Positions 43,136 through 51,961 of a stretch of DNA of 51,961 nt are shown here, in pieces. The notes under the pieces are model-generated. The model made no database searches, had not been told where the DNA came from, and was given only the letters and a program-made list of their open reading frames with translations. The stretch covers positions 1-51,961 of IMG/VR virus record IMGVR_UViG_3300002035_000003; one strand, 5' to 3'. Each line of letters begins with the position of its first letter. The first letter of the stretch is position 1. The position numbers and the translations under genes are program-made. The stretch comes from a virus.

Positions 43136-44827
43136 ATGCCATTTGTATTAGCGGATTGGTCGGTCACGAGGTCGACCAAAATTATTGATTATATAGGTGA
43201 CGCACACAATGGTGCCTCTCCTAGTTACGCCACGGGTATTGAGGCTCACAGACAGTTGCAGGATTGGGCTGATGATGTAGCTGATGCTGGTGATGATGAA
43301 ATTTCTATCATTGACGATACTCCTACTGACCGAGCGGGTGCGGATACTAACATTGTAATGTTAAATGGCTATACTTTTACAGCCACTGCATTAGAACACC
43401 TATACGATTGTTCCATTACGCAAAGTGATGGTGATGATATTTTTGATGGTATCCAAGTATTCGGCAACTCCACGTCTATTCAAATTATTCAGAATGGTGC
43501 GCGATTAACTAACGCTTTTTGGAACCAGGCTAACATGATTGCGGCTACTTCTGATGCAGCGTCTAACACGTCACATCGATTTTTAATACAGACTCGTTCT
43601 GGTGGAAGTGATATTGATGGTCGACGGCTTTTGGGTACACAACGTGTTTTAGGTACAACTTATACCGAGTTCTTTATTGGTGGCGGTACTAACCGAGGTA
43701 ATAACACACTAGCACTTACAGCTAACCCAGATGGCAACAACCAGAATGATGCAGCGACTATTGCTACATGGACCGACATTGTTAATGACAATGAAGGTTA
43801 CGTAGGTATCGATGCTGATGGTAACGGCTCTGATGAGTTTTATTACTCTAACTGGGAATTAGGTGCACGCAGTAAAAATGACTTATACGAGCGGGGTAAA
43901 TGGATTCAGCGGGAAGGTTCAACTGAAACTATTTATGGTCTAAATGGTGATTTGTTTCGTGGACCTACTCATGAACTCAATGTTGATACAGCTACTGGTA
44001 CATTCGCTGGACCTGAACAATTAAGCTGGACTGGTGGTACTGCACAATTACTGGCTATCGATAGTCCTACTGCTGGCACGAAATTATGGTTTCAATTGTT
44101 AACTGGTACTGCGCCTGGTGATGGTGTTACTATTACTGGTGATACATCTGGTGCTACTGTTAACGTAGATACCACTGTTATTTCAAGAACGGTTCCTTCA
44201 ACATTTATTGGTAACTCTACTGGTTCTGCCATCAACCCTGGTGCATTTGGTATTGGTATTGGCTCTGATGATTTGACGGTTAGTGACCTGCTGACTGACT
44301 TAACAAACACTAATAACCAGCCGCCTAACAACGTTCAGTTTGTTGTTAATAACACTGTGGTTGGGGACAGAGTATTAGTTGGTCCTGCTACAGGTAACGC
44401 ATTAAATCTAACCCAGGATACTATTAATGGTGCACTAACTGGTGGTGCTGTAACGTCCATCGTTATGACAACTGCAATACCAACGGATACACCAGCATCT
44501 GGTACTATCAGACTTCAAAACGATGAAGGTCGTTATGTCAGAATTCCGTACGATAGTTACACTGGCTCAACTTATACTATTCCTGCTTATGACTTTAGTG
44601 GTAGTGGTGTAAATGACTCGTGCGCCGACGGTAATAATGCATTTATTAGTTATATTGATCTAGTAGCGGATGATACCCAAGAAGTATTTACAAGTGTATT
44701 TTCTTCACCCCGACCGCTTTTTATTCGGGTCAGGAATGCAGCTGGCTTAATCAAAACTTTTGAATCAACAGCTACACTCGGTTCTAGTGGTGGTTCAGCT
44801 ACTGTTGGTCGTATTAGTGATGCGTAA
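43136..44827 (+). CDS. tail fibre / host-recognition protein (563 aa)
   Basis: Position; Gly/Thr/Asn-rich beta-type sequence. Confidence 0.45.
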   Translation: MPFVLADWSVTRSTKIIDYIGDAHNGASPSYATGIEAHRQLQDWADDVADAGDDEISIIDDTPTDRAGADTNIVMLNGYTFTATALEHLYDCSITQSDGDDIFDGIQVFGNSTSIQIIQNGARLTNAFWNQANMIAATSDAASNTSHRFLIQTRSGGSDIDGRRLLGTQRVLGTTYTEFFIGGGTNRGNNTLALTANPDGNNQNDAATIATWTDIVNDNEGYVGIDADGNGSDEFYYSNWELGARSKNDLYERGKWIQREGSTETIYGLNGDLFRGPTHELNVDTATGTFAGPEQLSWTGGTAQLLAIDSPTAGTKLWFQLLTGTAPGDGVTITGDTSGATVNVDTTVISRTVPSTFIGNSTGSAINPGAFGIGIGSDDLTVSDLLTDLTNTNNQPPNNVQFVVNNTVVGDRVLVGPATGNALNLTQDTINGALTGGAVTSIVMTTAIPTDTPASGTIRLQNDEGRYVRIPYDSYTGSTYTIPAYDFSGSGVNDSCADGNNAFISYIDLVADDTQEVFTSVFSSPRPLFIRVRNAAGLIKTFESTATLGSSGGSATVGRISDA

Positions 44828-44829
44828 GT

Positions 44830-46107
44830 ATGGCTTATGGCGACGATATTATCGCTTTAGGGGCTAATCACCTTTGGAGACTTGATGGTAATTCAAACGA
44901 TTCTATTGGAACCTTAAACTTTACCAATAGTGGTGGTATCTTTACAGGCGCTAGTATCTGTGAAGATACCACTAATAGTTATGTCACTAACGGCACAAAT
45001 GATAGTGCCTTGGCTGCAACGGATGCAAGTGTACAAGATGTAGTAGTTGACTTTTGCTACTCAATTTGGTTTAGAACAAATAATATTCAACAACCCCCTT
45101 GTAGAATATTTGGTGATGGTGGTCAAACTGTAAATAATTCTTTCTTCCTAGGGTTTGGTAACTCTATAGTCTGTGAAGCTGACTGCGACCCATTGGTTAT
45201 TCAAGTTGGTTCAGATACCGCCATAGGTGTAAATCGATCATATAATTTAGTTTTGGTACTTCGTGATGTAGGCGGTGGTACTAGTGAATTAGAATTTTAT
45301 ATAGATGGAGTATCTCAGGGTACTTCTCAAGTTTCAGATGTATCAAGCACTAGTAGAGGCGGTTTTAGAATAGGCGGCGTCACGAATACAACCTCATATA
45401 CAATTGGTGGAGCTGCTTTCCAATTAGTATCGCCAGTTAATGGACAATACTCCATGGCCGCAAGCTTTGTTGCCGCTAATGTGCCTACCGATACGGAAAT
45501 TAGGCAAGAGCTATTTGAAAAAGGAGCAACCCCAGGTACAACCATATCCTCTGGTACCCAAGCTGCTATGCAACCCCAAGTTGATGCTTTGTCGAGCACA
45601 GTAAGACCTAATGAAGCATTAAATATAAGAGTAGAAGCAGTTACTGGTGACGGAGACATAACCTTAACTGCAGACAATATTACTCATAATAGTTTAGCTT
45701 CTGCGCACATACAATATTTGGGTACTGGTAATTTAACCTGGGTAAATAACAATGGTTCAAATGCTAGTATTAGTAGTACACCAAATGGCGGAACAGTTAC
45801 TTTTGTTGAAGCTGTACCAGTATTAATAACGGCTCAAGATGTATCTAGCTTAGCTGCTATAGATGGAGCTCGTGTATTGATTAGAGCCGCTGCTGGTGGA
45901 CCATTGCCGATTGGTACTGTACTTTATAATGATGTAACTGATGTGAATGGACAAATAACTTTTAACTTGAACTACTCCGCTAATCAACCAATAACTGGAA
46001 GAGTTAGACGAGGAACGACAGCTCCCTATTATAAAACCTCACCCATATCTGGTGTAGTAACTAATACTGGGTACACGCAAGTAGTGCTCATGATAGGTGA
46101 TCAATAA
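44830..46107 (+). CDS. tail fibre protein, short paralogue (425 aa)
   Basis: Possible LamG-like N-terminal part (LWRLDGNSNDSIG). The C-terminal ~200 aa are paralogous to the end of the next gene. Confidence 0.5.
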   Translation: MAYGDDIIALGANHLWRLDGNSNDSIGTLNFTNSGGIFTGASICEDTTNSYVTNGTNDSALAATDASVQDVVVDFCYSIWFRTNNIQQPPCRIFGDGGQTVNNSFFLGFGNSIVCEADCDPLVIQVGSDTAIGVNRSYNLVLVLRDVGGGTSELEFYIDGVSQGTSQVSDVSSTSRGGFRIGGVTNTTSYTIGGAAFQLVSPVNGQYSMAASFVAANVPTDTEIRQELFEKGATPGTTISSGTQAAMQPQVDALSSTVRPNEALNIRVEAVTGDGDITLTADNITHNSLASAHIQYLGTGNLTWVNNNGSNASISSTPNGGTVTFVEAVPVLITAQDVSSLAAIDGARVLIRAAAGGPLPIGTVLYNDVTDVNGQITFNLNYSANQPITGRVRRGTTAPYYKTSPISGVVTNTGYTQVVLMIGDQ

Positions 46108-48830
46108 TGGCTGTTATAAAGGTAGAAACTTTTGATGTATCACCATCTACTAATGGAACAACGCATACACTAACCACTGATGTTGGGGCGCTAACTAGTG
46201 CTTTTGTAAAGATTAATGGTTCAACTGATAAAGCATCTGGCCGTGTTGGAAATACAGGAAACTTGGGCCCAAGAGATTCGCACATGGGGGTTAGTCTTAG
46301 TGCTACTAATCAAATAACGTTTCATAAAGGTGGAACGTTACAGATGCGAAAAATGGGTGAAGTATGGCGATACACTGGTTCACCCGGTGGGTTAGATGAA
46401 TTTATAGTTAGGGGTCATTTATCCGTTACCCTAGGTAGTGGAGTATCATCAAATACTACTACTCCAGCCGGGATTGTAAATAGAAATAATGTTGTTCCTT
46501 TTTTAACCGGTCTATCTAGCACTTCTACAAGCGTTAATGATTATGACGCAGCAACCGTTGCTGTTTTTATTAACTCATCTGGTCAATTACAAGTAACACG
46601 TCAAAGTACTGGGATAGCAATCACGGTTTATGTATCTGTTGTAGAGTTTACCGGTTCTAATTGGACCATTGGTCATGCTATATCAACCAGCCATGATACC
46701 TCACAAGATATAGTTACTTTGAACTCAGACAGTACGGGCAGTGGAGGAACTACCCTAGATATAGGCAGTTGGTCAAATGCTTTTATTGAAGGGTCTATGC
46801 AAGGTGATACATCAGAAACCGGGTTATCAGATAACTTGATAATAATGGAGCCTGGTGGCTCTACTACTCAAATTAGGTTTTTCCTACAGCAAGATGGTAA
46901 CGCCAGAAATGATGGTGATGCATATGCTCACGTTATCTCTAACCCAGGTTTAGTTGTCACGCGAGATTCCAATACTAACTTTCCAGAAACTAATGGTACA
47001 GTTGGTACAGTGGGGTTTCCACCTGGTACTTCTACTACTGGGTTAATTGATGAATTAGCGTTAGAGTGGTTTTCAGATACTTCTGGTGTTGGTACAGCTC
47101 ATGCGCGAGGTCGATTAATATCTAGGATAACAAATCCGGCTGGTACTATTGACCACTGGGTACATAGATCAGGTAACAATGTTTCTGTATATTATGGCGT
47201 CATAGATTTAGTTGGCGTTCAAGGTGTAGAACCAGTAACAATAACCTCTGCGCCTACTCAAATTGATGTAGGTGATTCTAATCTCACAATTACAGGAACA
47301 AACTTTGAAGCGTCTCAGGGTAGTGGCAATGTTTATATCTCGGATACTCCCAGCCTAGGCTCTGGTACAGATGTCATTCAGACAATAGATTCTTGGTCAG
47401 ATACAGGTATTCAATTTGATGCTGTATTAACTGGGCTCTCTGACGGCCTAATATACGTAATAGTACAAAATGATGCTGGTGGTGTAATAGCCAGGGCTGC
47501 AAACAAGGGAGTTCAACCTTATACTGAGGTTGTTAAGGCACTTATAAATGCACCAGATCATTACCACACGTTTAATAACACTTACGCTGATGAATTAGGA
47601 GGCCTAGCGGCTAATAGTCAAACCCAGACAGGCACACAAGGTTTCTTTGCAACTCCATTAAGTAGAGGCAGGAGTCATTCTTGGGGGGTAACTGGTAATG
47701 CTTCAAGAATAGAAATGGCTGATAGTGGTTTTACTAATGTATCAAATACTCATCGAAGACGCTTTATTGGTGGTTATTTTATGTTTCCTAGTATTCCACT
47801 AGACCCAAAGGGCATATGGGAAGAAGGTGGTAATGTCAATAATATTTATATCGTTATAGGGTTTGGTGGAAAAATATTATGTAACGTTGCTGACTCTAGT
47901 AATGGATTTAAACTACAGGCTTTTTCAGACTTCCTATTGACGCCTAATAGAATTTATCATTTAGGGTTATTGTTTGATGGAGACTTAGGCTGTAGAGCAT
48001 ACATTGACGGGGTTTTACAACCAGGTTTTGATGGAGTAGCACCAAATTCTGACCAGGCTACACACTCGGGTGATTACGCTTATGGCCAGCCAGATGGCTC
48101 TCTTGACACTGGTGGAACAGACATACAATATCCTTCTTTCGATGGGGCTAGATACAATGACTGGGCAACCTGGAGTGATACAGGTAATGATGTTCCTAGT
48201 GATACAGATATTAGAGTTGAACTGGTAGAAAAAGGTGCTAGGCAAGAAGTAGATATTTTATCTGACACAGAGGCTAATATGCAATTAGCCATAGATGCAC
48301 TGTCTGGTACGAACTATGATGATGTTCAATTAGCGCTTAGAATAAATAAGCCCACTGGTCAATCTACCTTGTCTCTGGATTTTAACAACATAACATTTGG
48401 AGAAAGAACCAGTATTCAACTAATATGGATGGGTACTACTGGTCAAACTCTAACAATAACTAACGAAGGAACATCTAACGTAACTGCTAGCAAATGCTCC
48501 ACGGCTTATGGGGGTTCATTGGTTATTAGGGAAGCTGTACCAGTAACAGTGACAGTAAATGACATTATTACTGGCTTGCCTATTGAAGATGCTCGTGTTT
48601 ATTTGACTGCTGGCTCTGGTGGAAGTGAAACCCAGGGAACAATATTGCTTAATAGTTTAACAGATTCGTCAGGTGTTGCTTCCACACAATTTGTTTATTC
48701 TTCTGATCAACCTATAATAGGCAGAGTTCGCAAATCGTCAAGTGGTACTTTATATAAGACATCTAACGTAGTTGCTGATATTACAAGTGACGGGTTAGAT
48801 ATATCTGTTTTTATGATTAGGGATTCGTAA
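46107..48830 (+). CDS. tail fibre protein, long paralogue (907 aa)
   Basis: The C-terminal half repeats the architecture of 44830..46107. Example: REAVPVTVTVNDIITGLPIEDARVYL...QPIIGRVRK...LYKTS. Confidence 0.5.
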   Translation: MAVIKVETFDVSPSTNGTTHTLTTDVGALTSAFVKINGSTDKASGRVGNTGNLGPRDSHMGVSLSATNQITFHKGGTLQMRKMGEVWRYTGSPGGLDEFIVRGHLSVTLGSGVSSNTTTPAGIVNRNNVVPFLTGLSSTSTSVNDYDAATVAVFINSSGQLQVTRQSTGIAITVYVSVVEFTGSNWTIGHAISTSHDTSQDIVTLNSDSTGSGGTTLDIGSWSNAFIEGSMQGDTSETGLSDNLIIMEPGGSTTQIRFFLQQDGNARNDGDAYAHVISNPGLVVTRDSNTNFPETNGTVGTVGFPPGTSTTGLIDELALEWFSDTSGVGTAHARGRLISRITNPAGTIDHWVHRSGNNVSVYYGVIDLVGVQGVEPVTITSAPTQIDVGDSNLTITGTNFEASQGSGNVYISDTPSLGSGTDVIQTIDSWSDTGIQFDAVLTGLSDGLIYVIVQNDAGGVIARAANKGVQPYTEVVKALINAPDHYHTFNNTYADELGGLAANSQTQTGTQGFFATPLSRGRSHSWGVTGNASRIEMADSGFTNVSNTHRRRFIGGYFMFPSIPLDPKGIWEEGGNVNNIYIVIGFGGKILCNVADSSNGFKLQAFSDFLLTPNRIYHLGLLFDGDLGCRAYIDGVLQPGFDGVAPNSDQATHSGDYAYGQPDGSLDTGGTDIQYPSFDGARYNDWATWSDTGNDVPSDTDIRVELVEKGARQEVDILSDTEANMQLAIDALSGTNYDDVQLALRINKPTGQSTLSLDFNNITFGERTSIQLIWMGTTGQTLTITNEGTSNVTASKCSTAYGGSLVIREAVPVTVTVNDIITGLPIEDARVYLTAGSGGSETQGTILLNSLTDSSGVASTQFVYSSDQPIIGRVRKSSSGTLYKTSNVVADITSDGLDISVFMIRDS

Positions 48831-49297
48831 TGGCTATAACAATAGACTACGGTAACACCAATATAATCAACGTTGAGTTGTCAGACTTAACCCTGGTTTC
48901 TGGGACCCTATACACCTTTGACAGCGATGTATTTAGATTAGCTCTGAAAGACATAGAAGGTTCCGAAATAGGTGAAGCCTTTACTGATACGCATCGCCAT
49001 GTTCCCAGTGATACTATAGCTGGAACAACAGACGCCAAAAAAATTATTATTCTGGCGCCATACTCAGTTCAATTTCCTGACATGCAAATATCAGTCAGGG
49101 TGGTTGGTTCTAATAACAATATACACGACGTAGAAGCCGGTATACTTGTTCAAAACCAGGCACAAATAATTCCATCAAATTCAACGGGCTTAGTGGACGC
49201 AGGTAATGATGATTCACTCGGTGAAGAGGACGCTGAAAAACTAGACGCAGCTATGAGATATTCTCAAGAAACAGCACTTTACCACCAAAGGTATTAA
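48830..49297 (+). CDS. hypothetical protein (fibre-associated?)
   Basis: TAATG coupling to the fibre gene. Confidence 0.4.
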   Translation: MAITIDYGNTNIINVELSDLTLVSGTLYTFDSDVFRLALKDIEGSEIGEAFTDTHRHVPSDTIAGTTDAKKIIILAPYSVQFPDMQISVRVVGSNNNIHDVEAGILVQNQAQIIPSNSTGLVDAGNDDSLGEEDAEKLDAAMRYSQETALYHQRY

Positions 49298-49298
49298 A

Positions 49299-49604
49299 AT
49301 GAAAGAACCATTACCAAGCCAAGTTATGACTGGCTACATGATTTCCAAAGCAGTAGTTAAAGGTACAAAATACTTAAACAGAGCGTTAAGTTGTTTAGAT
49401 ACTGCGATCGAAGAAACTAAAGAACTCGGAGTTGAAGTTGAGGAAACTGAACTTGGAGAAATAAGAAAATTATTGCATGAATCTATAGCTGGGTTATATG
49501 GTGCTAAGCAAGCACATAACCTACTATCCGAAGGACTGCAAGCCAAAGGCTTTAGGAAAGTAACTAAACAAGACTTTGAAAAATATGGTGTGACTGGTAG
49601 ATAA
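49299..49604 (+). CDS. hypothetical protein
   Basis: ORF in the operon. Confidence 0.4.
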   Translation: MKEPLPSQVMTGYMISKAVVKGTKYLNRALSCLDTAIEETKELGVEVEETELGEIRKLLHESIAGLYGAKQAHNLLSEGLQAKGFRKVTKQDFEKYGVTGR

Positions 49605-49606
49605 TC

Positions 49607-50089
49607 ATGTTTGATACTCACTTTTTTGCCAACGCCATGATCATATTTACAGCGATAGCTATCCTGGTTGGGTTCTACAATAAACCCAGGTGCTCATTGG
49701 CATTGCTACTAAGCCTGGTTTGTGCCAGATATTTGACCCAAGTGGATGCCATTTATCTTCACTACCACATCATGTTCTTTTGTTCATTACTGTGTATTAT
49801 AGATTTCGATGTAAAAACGAGTAAAATAAATATACTTAACCACGATGAATATGAAATTAATTATGCCGTCGCCTATCTCTATTTGGGTAGGATGTTGATT
49901 GGTGCGCTATTGATTTATGGAATTATCGGCAATGAGGTTGGCTGGTGTTTATCAATAGCTTGTTTAGCTTTACAAAACACACTTGTCATCTTGGGGGCGG
50001 CAAATGGATATTCACGCAGACTTAACAGGGCTATCTCTACTTATAGGCATAGGGCTCTTGATTTTGTTTTTCAAACTAAGGGGATATAG
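49607..50089 (+). CDS. multi-pass membrane protein, holin candidate
   Basis: Four or five hydrophobic segments; first gene of the lysis region. Confidence 0.45.
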   Translation: MFDTHFFANAMIIFTAIAILVGFYNKPRCSLALLLSLVCARYLTQVDAIYLHYHIMFFCSLLCIIDFDVKTSKINILNHDEYEINYAVAYLYLGRMLIGALLIYGIIGNEVGWCLSIACLALQNTLVILGAANGYSRRLNRAISTYRHRALDFVFQTKGI

Positions 50090-50142
50090 GTTTAAAAACC
50101 TAATTAACACAATTATTTCGAGTTTCAAAAGAGAAGAATAAC

Positions 50143-50478
50143 ATGACTTTTTTAGAATGGTTCAAACAAAAATTAGCTGGTCCATTGATAATGTTTTTAA
50201 TTACATCATTATCGGCGGGCGTGTGGTCACTGGTAGCAGTATCTTTAAACAATAAAGATGATTTGTTATTGATAAGTGAGCAGATGAAAAATGCTGTTCA
50301 GAAAAATCAAAACCTGGACACTACTGATGAGAAGCTAGCTCAAAATATCCAGCTTCTAACAGATAATCAATTAAAGCTTAGGCTAGACGTAGCAGATACC
50401 AAGGCCGAAGTTAAAATGCTTAGGAAAGACATAGAAGCAGAAATTAAATTAATACGCAGAGATATGAATAGAGGTTAA
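50143..50478 (+). CDS. single-TM protein with a coiled-coil tail (holin / antiholin / lysis regulator candidate)
   Basis: LAGPLIMFLITSLSAGVWSLVAVSL followed by a charged helical region. It lies immediately upstream of the endolysin. Confidence 0.4.
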   Translation: MTFLEWFKQKLAGPLIMFLITSLSAGVWSLVAVSLNNKDDLLLISEQMKNAVQKNQNLDTTDEKLAQNIQLLTDNQLKLRLDVADTKAEVKMLRKDIEAEIKLIRRDMNRG

Positions 50479-50480
50479 TT

Positions 50481-51230
50481 ATGAAATTGGTAAAAGATTG
50501 GAAAAAAGTATTAGTGCTATCGGTTTCTTTCTGGGCACAGGTAATTGGCTTACTGGTTCTAATAGTACCAGAGGTATTATTCAAATATACTGGTATAGAT
50601 ACTGACCCGGTTTTATTGTGGTGGGTCGGTACTTTGCTATTGGTGTTCGGACTTATAGGAAGAATATTTAAACAAGATAATCCAGCCTGGGTTGAATGGT
50701 TAAGAACTACAGCTGTACTAGTTATTATTTTACTGCTAGCCATTTTTGCTTCGTCTGATGCATACGCTAATGAAAAAACCCGAGAAGCGAAAACACTTGA
50801 TGTCGCTGTACCCTTAATTGGTAAATGGGAAGGATTAAGACTTGAGGCTTATTTGGATATTGTTGATGTGCCAACAATTTGCTATGGCTCTACTCGTGGT
50901 ATTGAGCTAGGTATGAAAAAAACTAAGCAAGAATGTGATGAATTACTTAGGCATGAAGTTGCTGAATACCGTAGGGGTTGGTTAGAGTATGTTAAGTACT
51001 CGGTATATCAAGAATGGCTACCAGCAAAAAGAGATGCGGCCTATACATCGTTATCTTATAATGTAGGAATTCGTGCAGCCGGTAGAAGTACAGCAACCAG
51101 GAGACTTAACTCTTTAAATATTCGTGGTGGTTGTATTGCATTGGGCTGGTGGAATAAGGCAGGTGGTAGAGTTATTCGTGGATTAGTCAATAGACGCCAG
51201 GAAGAAACTAAACTATGCTTGCATGTTTAA
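50481..51230 (+). CDS. GH24 (T4/lambda-type) lysozyme endolysin with a ~95-aa N-terminal domain of three TM segments
   Basis: GKWEGLRLEAYLDIVDVPTICYGSTRG shows E-8-D-5-T catalytic spacing. Three hydrophobic segments precede it. Confidence 0.8.
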   Translation: MKLVKDWKKVLVLSVSFWAQVIGLLVLIVPEVLFKYTGIDTDPVLLWWVGTLLLVFGLIGRIFKQDNPAWVEWLRTTAVLVIILLLAIFASSDAYANEKTREAKTLDVAVPLIGKWEGLRLEAYLDIVDVPTICYGSTRGIELGMKKTKQECDELLRHEVAEYRRGWLEYVKYSVYQEWLPAKRDAAYTSLSYNVGIRAAGRSTATRRLNSLNIRGGCIALGWWNKAGGRVIRGLVNRRQEETKLCLHV

Positions 51231-51256
51231 CTTTAATCAACTTAGGAAGGAATATT

Positions 51257-51961
51257 ATGAAAACCGTAAAAATAGCGCTCATCCTGGGCGCATGGTTAGG
51301 CCTAGCGGCTTGCCAAAGCACGCCAGATTCACCACAGGCCACGGAAAAACCGGCTGTAACTGAGTATTTAACTCAAACTGGCAAGATACATAAACGAGAG
51401 ATAAATGTATCATCTGAAGACTGGGCAAATGCACAAATGTCTAGTGACAATAAAGATTGTTGGATTGGTGTAACTAATGCGAAAAAATTACCGCCCCTTA
51501 GTGCTGGTGCAAGTACAGAACAAGTTTTAGCTTGGGGTTTGGTAAATAGTAATTCTGTTATGGCAGAGTCAATAGCACAATCTAATAACCCCACGCAACC
51601 TTGTCAAATGGCTACTAATAGTAATGATGTACAGGTAGCTAAAGAAGAAGGTAAAACCACTCGTAGTGTAGCTAAAACCCAAGCAGTAGAAAATATTGCA
51701 GGTAAAGTTGTTAATGGTACCCTTATTGGTACTGGTATTCGTGAAGCAGGTAAGTTTTTAGGTGACCTTGCTAGTCGCCCCAATAACGTCGCCAATACGA
51801 CAATTAATGCTGACAATCAAAGTTCTGTCGAAGGTGCAATTGGTAAAGATAATAACTTTGTCAAGACTGAGCAAGTTAGTGGTATTTTAACAGAAACCGC
51901 GCCGGTTAATCCTATTACGCTTGATGGGCAAGAACCTGGTGAAGAGGGTGAAGAGGGTGAA
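51257..51961 (+). CDS. lipoprotein gene, 5' part (continues at 1..177)
   Basis: ATG 51257 lies after aggaagg. Lipobox MKTVKIALILGAWLGLAAC. The frame stays open to the last base of the window. It is missing from the ORF track because it has no stop inside the window. Confidence 0.7.
   Translation, partial: MKTVKIALILGAWLGLAACQSTPDSPQATEKPAVTEYLTQTGKIHKREINVSSEDWANAQMSSDNKDCWIGVTNAKKLPPLSAGASTEQVLAWGLVNSNSVMAESIAQSNNPTQPCQMATNSNDVQVAKEEGKTTRSVAKTQAVENIAGKVVNGTLIGTGIREAGKFLGDLASRPNNVANTTINADNQSSVEGAIGKDNNFVKTEQVSGILTETAPVNPITLDGQEPGEEGEEGE

Noticed and set aside
44830-48830. A diversity-generating retroelement acting on the paralogous fibre C-termini
   Set aside because: The window contains no reverse transcriptase. 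The two copies share only short nucleotide identities and do not form a template/variable repeat pair.
1-51961. tRNA genes, CRISPR arrays, and an integrase, attP or repressor module
   Set aside because: The intergenic regions contain no cloverleaf or T-loop-like sequence and no regularly spaced repeat array. No ORF shows tyrosine or serine recombinase or CI-like motifs. This was checked by eye only.

Overview
This window appears to be a complete genome of about 52 kb from a tailed dsDNA phage with a siphovirus-type tail module. It has been linearised inside a gene. Bases 1-24 repeat bases 51938-51961, and a lipoprotein ORF opened at 51257 runs off the 3' end and closes at 175-177.

Layout:
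- 911-8655 (minus strand): replication and nucleotide-metabolism block. It contains a family A DNA polymerase, an SNF2 helicase, dCMP deaminase, ThyA, a PD-(D/E)XK nuclease and a putative SSB.
- 8656-9237: ORF-free divergent region of 580 bp.
- 9238-21898 (plus strand): early/middle block. It contains an NTP-pyrophosphatase/dNMP-kinase fusion, an HNH endonuclease, a PrimPol/SF3 primase-helicase and many small ORFs.
- 21899-22662: control region rich in repeats, with one minus-strand gene.
- 22663 to the end and on to 914 (plus strand): late block. It contains TerS, TerL, portal, MuF-like protein, scaffold, major capsid, connectors, tail tube, a chaperone with a -1 frameshift, a 1509-aa tape measure, tail and fibre proteins, and a lysis cassette ending in an overlapping i-/o-spanin pair.

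The spanins and lipoboxes point to a Gram-negative host. I found no integrase, repressor, tRNA or CRISPR array, so a lytic lifestyle is likely.

The regions most worth a second look:
- The iteron and 20-bp inverted-repeat region at 21950-22232, next to a stand-alone copy of the primase-helicase C-terminal domain.
- The 580-bp ORF-free region.
- A translation-initiation cassette repeated four times.
- A gene interrupted by an in-frame TAA.
- A GH24 endolysin with a three-TMD N-terminal domain.
- A duplicated fibre module.

All functional calls rest on motifs read by eye. No database search was run.
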